A stretch of DNA of 64,000 nt from Gnetum montanum (Eukaryota > Plantae > Gnetophyta). This document shows, piece by piece, positions 35,327-47,789 of the stretch. The position numbers and the translations under genes are program-made. The stretch covers positions 310,492 to 374,491 of the forward strand of contig MNCI01003108.1 in the NCBI GenBank assembly GCA_015680685.1, given 5' to 3'. A model generated the notes under the pieces. That model did not search any database and was not told the origin of the DNA. It saw only the letters and a list, made by a program, of their open reading frames with translations. How positions within the stretch are numbered: the first letter of the stretch is position 1; the number at the start of each line of letters is the position of its first letter.

Positions 35327-38300
35327 TGTTGGCGACCGTTTGGGACATGACCGCCGACGAGTGTCGAACAGGATTTAGGTGTCTGCTGGTCTCTGGCAAC
35401 ACCAAGGCCCAGATACCTCCAAATAAACTCAGTAGTTAATGTGAGTATGTGTGTGTGATGTTGCGGCGTGTGGTTGTGTAAAATGTAACAATTACGTTGT
35501 GTGTGAACTATAAATGACTTACTTCAAAGAGATTCAGCCAACTTTGCCCAGTACTATGAGTTCTTGAAAATTTCCTATTTTGTTCAACTGCCTAGTCTAC
35601 GCGGTCCTTATAATACCTACTTGTAACAAATAAAATTTTGCAAAAACATTTGAGCACAACTCCGCAATCTACTCCTAATTTTCCCCAGAGAAAGAGATAG
35701 TTCCACAAGAAAACTAGAAATAGAGCAAGATTCGATGGAAATAAGCAGAAAAGAAAAGAAAGCAGATTTGTGTAGACCTCAAATATTTAAACAAGGTAAA
35801 ATGACACGAGTAAACACTTCGCAATAAAGCTATCCCAAATTCAATATCTACGAATTGTTCAAACTTCCAAGGCTCAAACAAGCAATATCTTCAAGACAAT
35901 CCTATTATGCTACCAAAAATTGCTGCGTAAACTACCACGTACGAGACTCCATTTTGACTAGATAATAGATGTCAACGATTGCATTCAAACAGAACCTTTA
36001 AAAGACTTGACAATTTCTGATTGAAATACCACGGGAATTCACTTTAAAGATAAAAAGAAGCTATTCTGGTCCCATCAAAATACCAAAGATTTTCTGAACC
36101 CTCTCGACTACTGAATTGTTCAACGGCGTGACTACAAACAGAGGCTCTCTTACAACAATCCCAATAGCAGTTCCCACACGTTGCACAATAACGAAATTTA
36201 CTACTAAAATGCTCTTAAGGCTTTTAAACACAAGCGCTTCTATGGCAAAATTTTAATAGAAATTTCTATCGGGCAACAAGAACAATAAGAGCAATCTAAA
36301 AATCCCAAAATTACTTGCCAAGGATGATACTATCTAAACCACTAGCTAAACAATTTAAACAAAACAAAAAATGAAATGCATAACTCACAGGACCATGACA
36401 AAGAGGCTGAAATCTTTATTCTAGCAAGCCATCTTCCAAGAAATCTTCTTTACAAATCTTCCAAGTGTGATGTGTGAGACCTCTTGTGATTCCTCCCTTT
36501 TCTCCTTGACCCCTGAAGCCTTTTTATAGGGTTCAAAGGTAGGTAGGGAAGTTACATATTCAAAAATATCTCACCTAACTTTTCTCCCAAGTAACTTAGC
36601 CAACCAATGAGGAGATTACTTGCCCAACAAGTTAGGAGGTTACTTGCCCAACAAGTTAGGTAAGTTACAACAATTTTAGATGGTTGCAACCACCAAAGAG
36701 AAAAAGAAGTTGACAAGTGGCCTTGGTAGTTACAATATTATAGAAAATTAAAATATAATTTCTAAAATACATAGGAATACAAGCTATAGTGGCAACTTAC
36801 TTCATACACATATATATCTTTTTAATTTTGCCTCTTCAAAATGAGATGTCAAGTCTTCTAAGTGGTGTATAAGACTTCCCAAAAAATGAGATTCTCCTCT
36901 TCCTAGGAAAAATATCCCAAAAATATCTCAAAAATATCTCTCCTATCTTCTCTCTTAAGTAATTTGACTAACCAATCAGAGGATTACTTGTCCAATAAGC
37001 TAGGAGAAAATTATGTGATTTAGGAAGTTAGGAAGTATACATAAAATGAGGAGCATTTTATGCTAACTTTAATGTGACTTTAAATGGGATAATCAATATG
37101 GCAAATTTTTAATAGGTAATGACTTATATATAATAATGTTTTAAAGCAAGCTTTTCTAAAACAGGGCTCCACACTATATGTATTGTATTATGTACTTTGT
37201 TTAGATCCCTAATCTAATCTAATTTAAATTTTAAATTCTAAGTGCCACTAAGCTTTACGATTTTGTAATAGAAATATAATATAATCTCCACCTTATTGGT
37301 GGTAGTGGTAGTTAATTTATTTTTCTGCATCTCGATAATTGTAACTAAAATTCGAAATGACCTGAAAGACGAACCCGAAGGCGAAGCCACCGAACTTGCA
37401 ACTGATTCAACATACCAGAAATCGTTACCAGCAACTATCGGCATAGGGGAAGGCTCAGCCGCCGTGTCAGGAAACGTCACCGTATCAAAGGAATTAGCAT
37501 TAGGCATGGTTATATCTTTTTTGATTGCAGGTTGCAGGGCGGATAAACTGGTGATTGTCGATTTGTTGTTGTTTCTTTTACTGCCTAAAACACCTTTTGA
37601 AATGCATTCACAGGCCTGCAACTGCTCGAAAATATTGTGCCGTCTGTACCACCCGGTTTGTGATGATGTGTAAATCTTAGGGCTCCTCCCGCTACGACAA
37701 AGCTTCTTCTTTTTGTTTTTAGAACGGTGAGGGTTTCAGAACAGCACAGAATCCAGCAGGGTTTGGCGTCGCATGAGGGGGTTTTTGTGGCCCTGTTCAC
37801 TTGTCACAGAGGCGGTCAACATTGCTTATGTTTTACTGCCCAACAAAAAATGAAATGTTGATGTCTGTCCCTTTCTTTTCCTCTGTTTTTTTTATGACTG
37901 CCGCAGCCGCGTTTTTCTTTTCTCTGCGTGAATAACGTCGCGTTGATGTCTCTGCAGCCCTCTCCGTCGTTGCCTCTGGTCGTGGTCTGCACTGCTGCAC
38001 CGTTGCCCTCAATCGTGACCTGCAAAATGCCGGTGAATATTGTGGTCTTCCCAGAGGCGCGATGCCTTGGTACCTTGCGCTCATACCAGGTGAAAAATTC
38101 TGATTTTCTGTTTAATTTGTGCGATGTGTCCCAAAAGAAATCAACGTCTCCCCTTTGGAATAGGGCTAAGGTTTATGCTTATCTTTTTACGGGAGAATTC
38201 ATTAAAATCCCCATAGTGATTTCCATCTCTTTCTCTTCTTCTTCTTCTTTATTAAAAAAAAATGATAGAAACCAATACCTTTCCCAATCACATCTTGCCA

Positions 38301-38383
38301 TTTCAAATATTTGTATTGTAATATTTCAGAACATCTCAACCATCTCATGTCTTTATTTCATACAATGGCTAAATGTGCCAATA
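35327..38383 (-). mobile_element. Solo LTR (~3.06 kb) inserted 6 bp into B's 3' LTR
   Basis: Termini TGTTGGC...GCCAATA; perfect 5-bp TSD GAAAC at 35322-35326 and 38384-38388; minus-strand TATA CCCTATAAAAAGG ~36520; no gag/pol inside. Confidence 0.85.
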
Positions 38384-38388
38384 GAAAC

Positions 38389-39903
38389 ATCCCAAAATTC
38401 GAAGACATCCTTGCTTCACCAAGTCTTTGCAATTCGCACATCGTTACGACAATTCTTCAGGAGATGGATGCTCTAGCAAGTTTTCTAAGTCAAGGAGTCT
38501 TGCTATGCTACGCTACGCCGTGTAAAGCACAGTGCTAGGCTATGGTGTGCCACGTAGCATAGCACAACGTAGCAAAAGCTGGAGAATTAGTCCCCTCGCC
38601 TGACTTCAAGTCCTTCGGCAATGTCTCCTTCCGTCAGAAAGTGGGAAACTTGGCCAAAATCAGGTCATGTTTGCTGCTACATGGCGCAGCGAGGCATAGC
38701 AATTCTACGGAAGTTGGCAGAAGGCATCTCAAAGTGTGGGATCAACAAGTTCGCAAGTTTCAAAGTGCAAAAGGCAAAGTTTGTAGATTGGCTACGTTGT
38801 TGCAACTAAGGACAGCTGCTACACTATGATACGCTATGTAGCGTAAAAAATCTACGACCAGTAGTCACAACACTGTGAAGGTTTCCAACACATGCAATAG
38901 GACACAACGCAGATTTCTCGCTTCAAATTGGCGACTACGCTATGGTACGCTGTGTAGCGTAGCACAATGTAACAAAATACTACGCCATGCCAAACATGCT
39001 ACGTTAGAAAGCATGGCAAGACATGGTGAGCAGTTACATGACATTAATGCACCTCACCTAATTACACCGTTGCTCTAACAGCGTAATTACGACATGGCAG
39101 GTTTGTAATTATGGCATGTCAGGCTCACCCAATGGTCATGCAGGCACGTGCAGCATAGATAGGTCAGCATAGGCCCAAGGCACATGGCGTCCAAACAACA
39201 TCTTTCGCACGCCCTTGGTCCTATAAATACCCCAATGAGTGATGCTCAAAAGACTTTTCGCACTTTTGACATCCCCCTTTTTCAAAATTTTTCAATCCCC
39301 AATCTATTTTCTCGGCAATCTGGTCGGTTAATAGTTTGGTTGGCTGACAAGAAAAAGTTGGCACTATGATCTCAAGTATTGTAAGCTTTCTATTTTGACA
39401 TTGTAAATAGTTAGCATTCTCAGTTGGCATTCTGTTCTGCTCTTGCCTACCACCTTGGTAGCACATCGAATTGTTAACGCCCAAGTCCATGTTCAAGCAC
39501 ACAGCTGTCTCGCTCTACACGTCTTGGTTACTCTCGGGATCTCTGCACTTCCTAGCGCTATGCGACCGATTGTATCCATGTTGACAGAGCGAAGTTGTAG
39601 CTTCGAAGCAGTGCATTTTTCTAACTATATTTTACTTTGTCTCTTGCTTATTGTTGCATTTTACACCGTTTTCCGCCTCTTTTACATTCAAGCATTATTC
39701 GCGCTATCAGTTTCGTTTTCAAATAACACGTTGCAAAAGGTTATATAGACACCGACTAAGTCCCTGTCTAATCAACTAGATTGTTTAGGGCACCCATTTT
39801 CGTCCCATCTAGCATGGCCCTCCCGTGGAAATGGGGTTGAGACTGTCGGCAATCGACGACCCCTCAATATTCTTTCCAGCCACCGACGTTTTCGATCAAT
39901 ACA
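38389..39903 (+). repeat. 3' LTR of element B (main part)
   Basis: Collinear with the 5' LTR; ends TTTTCGATCAATACA followed by TSD CTTTT. Confidence 0.93.
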
Positions 39904-41607
39904 CTTTTATCATTAGAGTAGCATCTTTGGCTCCAAAAGAACCTTTTGTCATAAGGGTCACATCAACAATTTTTGCACACTCTTAACAAACAACAGTGGT
40001 TCCTCCAAGTACCAAACAAGCTTTTGTTGCATGAACACCCCCAAACAACACTATCATAGCTAAGCAAGGTTCTCTCGTTGTAGCTAACATGTCTACTTTC
40101 TCCTCAAAAGCTAACACATGTTCGTCATCGTGAGCTTATAAGAAGCCTAATGAGACTAAGTCTTTATCCAAAATTGAGGATAACTATTAGACAAAGGAAA
40201 AATAAAAGTAGATAAGTTTTTGTAAGTCCACATCCATATCAGCTATATTGATGAATCCTTTGCCTAAGCCTTTGACATCAAGTCAACCAAAAGAGGCTCC
40301 TAAAATATAAAACAACAAAAAACCTAAGCAACCTATGCTAAAACATGAACTAAAGATGATGAGCAAGCTAGAGGAGGTAAAATCTACCAAAAGTGGTATG
40401 ATAAAGACTTCCTCATAGCTATGGAATAGATTAAACAATCCTTCAAACAAAAAAATACACCACTAAGCTTACATGACTTGGTCATGTCTTTTCAAATACA
40501 ATGTAGTGCCTTAATCAAGCATTTGTCTTCCATATTTATAATTGAAGACATCCTTGCAAAAGAGAAAGCCAATCATTCTATCATTGCATCAACCCCTAAT
40601 AATGAAGCCATAAAGGAAACAAAACTCATATTCTGTGATAGTGAGATCAAGGTTGATGCTTAAAATGGAGGAGTCTCACATGCTCCTCTTTTGATAACCA
40701 AACACATTGGTCAATACAAAGTGCATATGGTACATGTTGATGAAAAAGCTATGACTATCGTTATCTCATTCCTTATCATTGAATGTTTGGGTTTAGTAGA
40801 TGACATACAAGAGACCTCCAGTTTTGTCCTTAAATCCTACAATGGATCATGAGTAATGGTATGGGGTTTGATATCATTAGATTTCATGGCTAGGGAGTAA
40901 TTCCCCATGTCTGCTAACTTTTTAGTATTTGAAAAAAAATACTTGGTTTTAATTTGGTCATAGGAGGTCATGGCTAGCTAAACTATGTGCAGTCACCTAT
41001 TTACTAAATGATCTACCTCCCTTACAAAGGTGATGAAATTATTATCCATGGTAATCATGCAACTCATCTTTCGGTTAACAATGTTGATCTTGAAGAAGAG
41101 TCAATAGTAAAGTATGTAGAAAAATTGGAAGTAAATAATGATAACTCGAAGAGAAGTGGTAAGCCCAATACAGTGATTGAAGCTAACAACGTCCAAAAAG
41201 CCTATCATTCTCCTCTTGATAATGCTTAGAGTTAGTTACCTTTTGCTTTAACGAATAAAGGAAATGGGGAGTAAAAAATCATGCACAAGGAGTTTCCTAA
41301 TTTGTCTAAAATTCAAAAACAACTTTACAATTAAATCTCCTTTATTTTCATCACATGCTCTTCTTTGTTTTTCTAACCATGCTTGTAACATCTTGTTTGA
41401 TAGATTTAGTTGGTTATAGTCCCTTAATTTATGTTTCAAATGTTTATGCATCTGATCATCTTAACACAATATATATATATAACAAAACATAAAATAAAAT
41501 AAAATTTTCATTAATTGTAACTTGTAGCAGCATACATAATTAAGCTTCCAAACTCAACCACATATGATCGATTTAAACAAAAACAAACAAGTGATAAATA
41601 ATATAAG

Positions 41608-44250
41608 TTAGGCCATAGGAACCTTTGGATCATCCCCACCATGACCACTACCACCACCATCATGACCCCCATTGTTACCATTGTTGCCACTATCATTGCC
41701 ATGGCCCCGCAAAATAAAACATGTAACCATTAATTTTGACAAATAATAGAATCATATGCAATAAAAGCTACATAGTGTACCTTACATAGAGAATTGGAAA
41801 ATATATCTTCAGGCTTAAACTGTGGAAGACCTTCTTCTAGGCAACGCACGATTTTCTCTTCAAACATATTCACATAGTCGATATCTCCCAAGTTTATCCT
41901 TTTAAGAATCTTTTTTCATTCTACGTTTGTCCATTCTGCTTGCTAAGGCTACATTGGAAGTTTGGCCTGATACTATTGTGATCTAAGTTTTTGAAGACCT
42001 AGTAACTTCCATGGATGGTTGGAATGGATCACTAGCTCCAATCCCTTAGATAAATATCTCTAGTTTATGCCTTTTAATGGATTCAAGTTTCCAAGCTTTC
42101 TTGTACTCATTTTTTAAACCTTGTATAGCTTTTTATGGACCTTCTAATTCTTGCCCTAGTCCCTAATTAATGCGCAGTAGTCACACCATTCTATGGGTTT
42201 ATGAGCTATTGATTCCACCTTAAGATCCTTCTTAAGGCTTGCTTGTGCCATGGAGACTCTTCCATGTATTGTCAACTAGTATAAAACCTAGTCAATCTTC
42301 TTGGTTCACAAGGCTTCCTATTGGCAACCTGTGATCCTACAAATTCTTTGCAATCTATCAGGCTTTAGTTCTCATTTGATAGAACCTAGATTTGAGACTC
42401 TAGATCAATAATGTGTTCTTATAAAGCCTCATTCACCTAGCAACTCTTCCAAAAAAATTCCGTACATGAAGAAGCTCAATTGATCACTCTCTCATATAGT
42501 ACATGTGATATAGTTACATGTTTTGGTGATGTAGGAGGGAGCTCATTGAATTCTACATGGCATGTAGGATCTCAATGAATTTTGAAAGTTACCCAAAATT
42601 AAAACAACAACATGACTTAGCATCACAATAGCTTTGTATGCAATCTTGAAATCTAAATGCATTGTTAACACTTACCAGCCTTAGATGCCACTTACTATAG
42701 CCTATCATCCCTTTCATGAATTTTGTCTTACAAGCATCTTTACCCAAGGCTTTTTTCATAGTGAAGGAGAGATGCAATTTCTTGGAGCCTCAACTTCTAT
42801 TTAACCATGAAACGTATTGTTAGCTTAATTATTTAAAGGATTTGCTATTTGGTTAAATACGTAACAAAAATACTTGGATGGCTAGGTGGAAGGGTTCATT
42901 GGTGGTGTAGGATTTTCTTCATAAAAAATCAAAGAGGCCTCTTCCAAGAGCCTATCCATTTTCTATTTGTCCTTCTCCTCCTCCTCCTTTTGCCTATATT
43001 TTGCCTCTATAGCTTGCTTGGCCTCAACCTCTCATCACCCTAGATTCAAAAATCTCTTATTAAGATGAAGAAGCTTGAAGCACATGAAACACTAATAATT
43101 AAATTCATTAACATACTTGGTAGCTCTTACTAAAGCTTAGTTACCTTGATCTTTAAGGGTTGAATCCTTTTAGGCTTATTGAGAGGAGGAACTTCTTCTT
43201 TCATTCTTAAACAATTTGACCTTTTTCCTTTTGGCCCTCTTTACTTCCTTACACTTTCTCTTGGTCCAGTCTACTTGACCCCTAGGTACCATTGGGTTAG
43301 CACGTTAACTATCAAGAGAAGATCCTTATTGATCACTTACCTCTTTAGTCATGATCGATGTAGATGCCCTTGTATCTTCCAAAGGTGGGTTGTGAACTCG
43401 AATCACATATGCAAAATGTTTAGCCCAAGGTTGAGGGGGCTGAGTTGTATTTCTCTCAACCTATTCCTTGTTGCATTTAACCACTAGAAACTCTGGAAAC
43501 ATCCTTGGGTAGTAGATAAAAAACAAAGTGTACATGTTACATTGAGGTTACTTTTTTGTGAAGTTTTTGAATTTTTCTTTGAAGCTCTATGATCAAAGCA
43601 GTAGCCTAATTGAAGCATGTTCTATTAGATATGGCCTTCTTCATGATCCATGCTTGTTGCATGCTTATGGTCTTACATTGAGATAGTAGAATGAGAAAGG
43701 TCCTTGCATAGAATAGAGAGTACAACTCATTGATGACCTGTTCTTGGCATCTTTCCAATGATAATTACCTACCTAGAGGTGAATTCAGCTAAGCCTCTAG
43801 GATGTCCCTTCTAATTGAGTTCTTGCCTCCTTGATCAGACACGCTACCACCATCCTGAGGGACACTAAATAATTTGCAAAATAAGTCCTTGCTAATATTT
43901 GATACAACTAGCAAACCATGGAGTTGTATGTAAAATTGTATGCTCACCTTATTAAACGAATCTACCTAGTTGATCATCTCTATCAATAATGTGGAAGGCC
44001 TTAACAACATGAATAAATCAAATAGTCTAGTTTTAACCAATTTCTTCCTTACTTTCATAGAAGCTAGATTGGTTAACCACTCCTAGGCCTTGTTAATTTT
44101 ACTCTACTTAAGCAAAAGTTTCTCCTTAGTATGACTTGATGCAACAACAATGATAGCAGTTTCTATGACAAAGTCTGCAAAGCATAATCGATTAGCTATG
44201 CAAGTAGGTTGACCAAGCAATAGATAACCAAATTGTAAACCACTCACCGT
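41608..44250 (-). pseudogene. Decayed antisense multi-exon gene in A's PR-RT intervening region, homologous to B's
   Basis: Minus-strand introns 43947-43855 (GTGAGC...CCTCAG), 43116-43040 (GTATGT...TCTAG), 41780-41707 (acceptor decayed). WTNVE...YVNMFEEKIVRCLEEGL aligns without gaps to B's WTTVE...WVDITVEEVCRHLGLDL; G/N/D-rich last exon. Confidence 0.6.
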
Positions 44251-47200
44251 ATTTCTTTGTTGACTGTAATGCCTTTGTTGGGAATGACATTTGTATGCCA
44301 AAATCTAGATATTCCCAAAATTCATGGACAAAACTTGTGTTGATGCATCTTTGATATGCTTGGGAATATGGCTTCTTGTAGCTCTCTATTTCAAATGCAA
44401 TCTAAGTTGTTATCTGGATTTTGATGTTGTCACCTTGTGAAAACTCATTCAACATTGTTTGTATCAAAACCAAAGTATCATCCATTGGAAAAGCTTATTC
44501 TTGCTTAAGCTTATAATTGTAAAGCATGCATAGTGTTAAACCATGTAGTCTTAGGTGTAATATAACCAATGAATAATCATCGAGTTAAGAAATGGTAAAG
44601 TATATAGTTATGCATCAATCAAGTAGGCATTCGCAAGCGAGGTGCAAAACAAATTCAAAGTTTTTCAAGTGAGCAAAATTGTATTATTTGTGTTGAAACA
44701 ATTATAGGTATCTTGTTGCCAAATCTTAGGCAACTATCGAACTGCAGATCAATATGAGCTTCCCTAGATTGCTAGCTAGATTTGACAAGAATCTTCATCT
44801 TGCATGTATTCTAGAATGTAGTTTGAAGCCTCCGATATCATGCCCATTATGGACACACTCATATATGACGAAAAAATCACGTTGAAGGAGGTAGAGTAGG
44901 AATTCAGCCGCTCCAAATCGGAACCATACTTTCATGTTTTTATTAATCATCGTATAAGGGATAGGATAGTTTGAAACTGCAATTCCCACAAAACACAGGA
45001 TGCCAATGAACTCCATAGTCCTCTTAAACAAAGGCATGTGATCCAAAAATTTTCTTAACTTGGGTTACGCTAACGTAATTACAAAACATACAGAAAATCA
45101 TAAAAAAATGCAATCGGTGATTACAACTCACATAGCGTAGAAAGGCTTTGACACATAGCTAGAAACTAGCTAATTCTTTCTTTTTACATTGGCGTAAATC
45201 ATTAGCGTAAGAAAATGGTAAATGATTAAAATAATGAGCTTTAGTGTAAACTATTGTAGCATGACATAAAATGTGAAAACATCATATTTCAAAATGAGTT
45301 ACAACAACACTGTAAACCTAGAAAATAGTCTGAAAACAAGGTTACGCTAACTTTATGCCCGTCAGCGTATTTGCAACTAGTTCCAACATAAAATACACTT
45401 GCAACGTAAAAGACTAATGGAGCGTAAAAATATAAAAAATGCTTGGGCCGACATGCACATTTCAATGAACATTTGACAATGTGGAAAAAAACAACAAAAA
45501 ACAAAAAAGAACGAAAGAACGCAAGATAATGCGGTAACCAAATCCAAAAAGAAAATCACAAAAAACGGATAATCAAAACCCAGATGACCACGCAATCTCA
45601 AGGGCATTGGTCCTACGCTATGGTAACACCTCATGGACCATCATCTCTATAGCACGTGCTTCTTTCATCGTTTTGCTGGGTCCTACCTTTCCACTTTTCA
45701 TCTTGCTAGTACGTTGCTTTCTCTCCCTTCACTATCGCACTCCTATTACCGAGAATGCAAAAGTAAAAGTCGTTTACCTTCTTCTTTCCTTTTAATATTT
45801 GTTTTTCTACTTTTACATCATGTAAAAAACATTTCAATGCTGCTTTTACGTTGAATACTTCATGTAGCACAAAATATTTTTCATGCTACTTTTACACCAC
45901 ATAGCGTAAAATATTTCCAGACTACTTTTACACAACCTAGCGTAAAAATCCTTTATGCCACTCTTATGCTACTTGGCGCAAATCATCTTTCAAGCCAAAT
46001 TACATTGCATAGCATGAACTATGTTTATGTTGACTAGCATAAAATGGACTGAATATGTTGGGGCCTTCGAATATGTTGCGGTTACACCAAATAGCACATT
46101 GCTCTCGACTAGTGTACTCTATATTTGTCCATATAGTTTTCCCATGAAGCTTCTTCTACGTTATGATCACTATCCTTTGCCTTCAAGTGTACACCTTCCT
46201 ATATAGCTTATCTTGACATTGGAACCAAGTCATATAATACAGTTGGTAAGAATTTGATTGTTTTGTTTACCTAGTATATTAGCTAGCATTTTTTCAAAAG
46301 ACAACAGAATAAATGCTTTATGATCTTTGTTTTCGTTCTATGATATGCAGGGTTTATAAATGGATACGTGACAGAAATTGAACAATTCATTACATCTTTT
46401 AGGATGATTTGGTGATGTCATTTGACAAATAGACCAAAGGTGTTTAGATCTTGAGCCTAGCAACCTCCAAGAATACATCGCAATGATTGATAAACCTGTT
46501 GAATGGCTTGAACACACTTGATACAAATGTTGGACTTAGAAGCCGATGACATAACTGAGGATATCCTTGTAGAAACCCTACTCACTACTAGCAAGGGCGA
46601 AAAGGAAGTCTTTAAACTAAGTTCCATGTTAAGACCATATTGCATAAAAAGTATCACTAAGATACTACAAATAAATGTTAAAGCTTTCGAATGGTCTTAC
46701 AATGACATACTAGGATTAGACCCACAAATGATTCAACATAACATAGATTAGTATTGGACCTAAGATTAAGTAGGTCAAACAAAAGGTTCATAAAGTTTGT
46801 CTTGATCTAGTCGTGGCCATTTGTGATGAAATTAAGAAGCTTTATCAAGATGGCTTCATTAAAGAAGTAGATTATGTAAATTTGGTGTCTAGCATGGTTA
46901 TAGTGCTTAAGAAAAATAGAAGCATTCATTTATGCATAGATTTTTGCAACCTCAACAAAGCAACAATTGAAGATAATTTTTTTTTATCAAGTATCAATTA
47001 ACTTGTTGACATAATGTTTGACCATGCATTGTTCTCCTTCATGGATGGTTTTTCAAGGTATAATCAAATTAGGATTAATGTACAACATCAATTATACATA
47101 ACTTTCATGACACCTTGGGGAACTTTTTGTTATACTAGGATGCTTTTGGTTTAAAGAATGTTGAGGCCATATATCAATGAGTAATAACTTATATCTTCAA

Positions 47201-47789
47201 CAATCTCATGTTTAGTCTAGTGAATGATTACATAGATGACATAACAATAAAGTTAAAGGTAGCAAACAACCATGCTTAAGATTTGTACATTATTCTTCAA
47301 CATTGTCTTAAGTGTGAACTTCGGTTGAATTTGAAGAAACACATTTTCGATGTTGAAATTGAAAAAATTCTTGACTTCATAGTCTTAAAAGCAAGAATAC
47401 ATGTCAACCTAGATATGGTCAAAGCCATAATCAACATGCCAACACTTGCTAAACTTAAAGACTTGTGAGGCTTACAAGGGAGGTTGTAGTTCATTCGCAG
47501 GTTCATTTCTAGGTTAAGTGATAAACTTTAACTTATGCAACACTTACTTAAAAACGAGTCACTTTGAGTTGGGATGGTAAGTACTAAATTTCCTTTGATG
47601 ACACCAAGTAAGAATGGGCTCAACTATTAACAATGTACCCACCACAAAAGGATAAGCTATTTTACATCTACTGAATGACTTCTAATACATCTATAACTTT
47701 CTTACTTGATCAAAAGTGAGACAATGGGGCTGAGATACCTGTCTAGTATCTAAGTCATGCCTGCATAGCCTATGAAACCAGATACACTA

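Larger units (their letters stand above)
21605..39903 (+). mobile_element. Element B: full-length Tat-clade Ty3/gypsy LTR retrotransposon, inactivated
   Basis: 5' LTR 21605-23194 (TG...CA); 3' LTR 35321-35326 plus 38389-39903; TSD CTTTC (21600-21604) / CTTTT (39904-39908); PBS 23202-23220; PPT ACAAAGAGGGGCCAA 35306-35320; domain order gag-PR-[intervening region]-RT-RH-aRH-INT. Confidence 0.93.
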
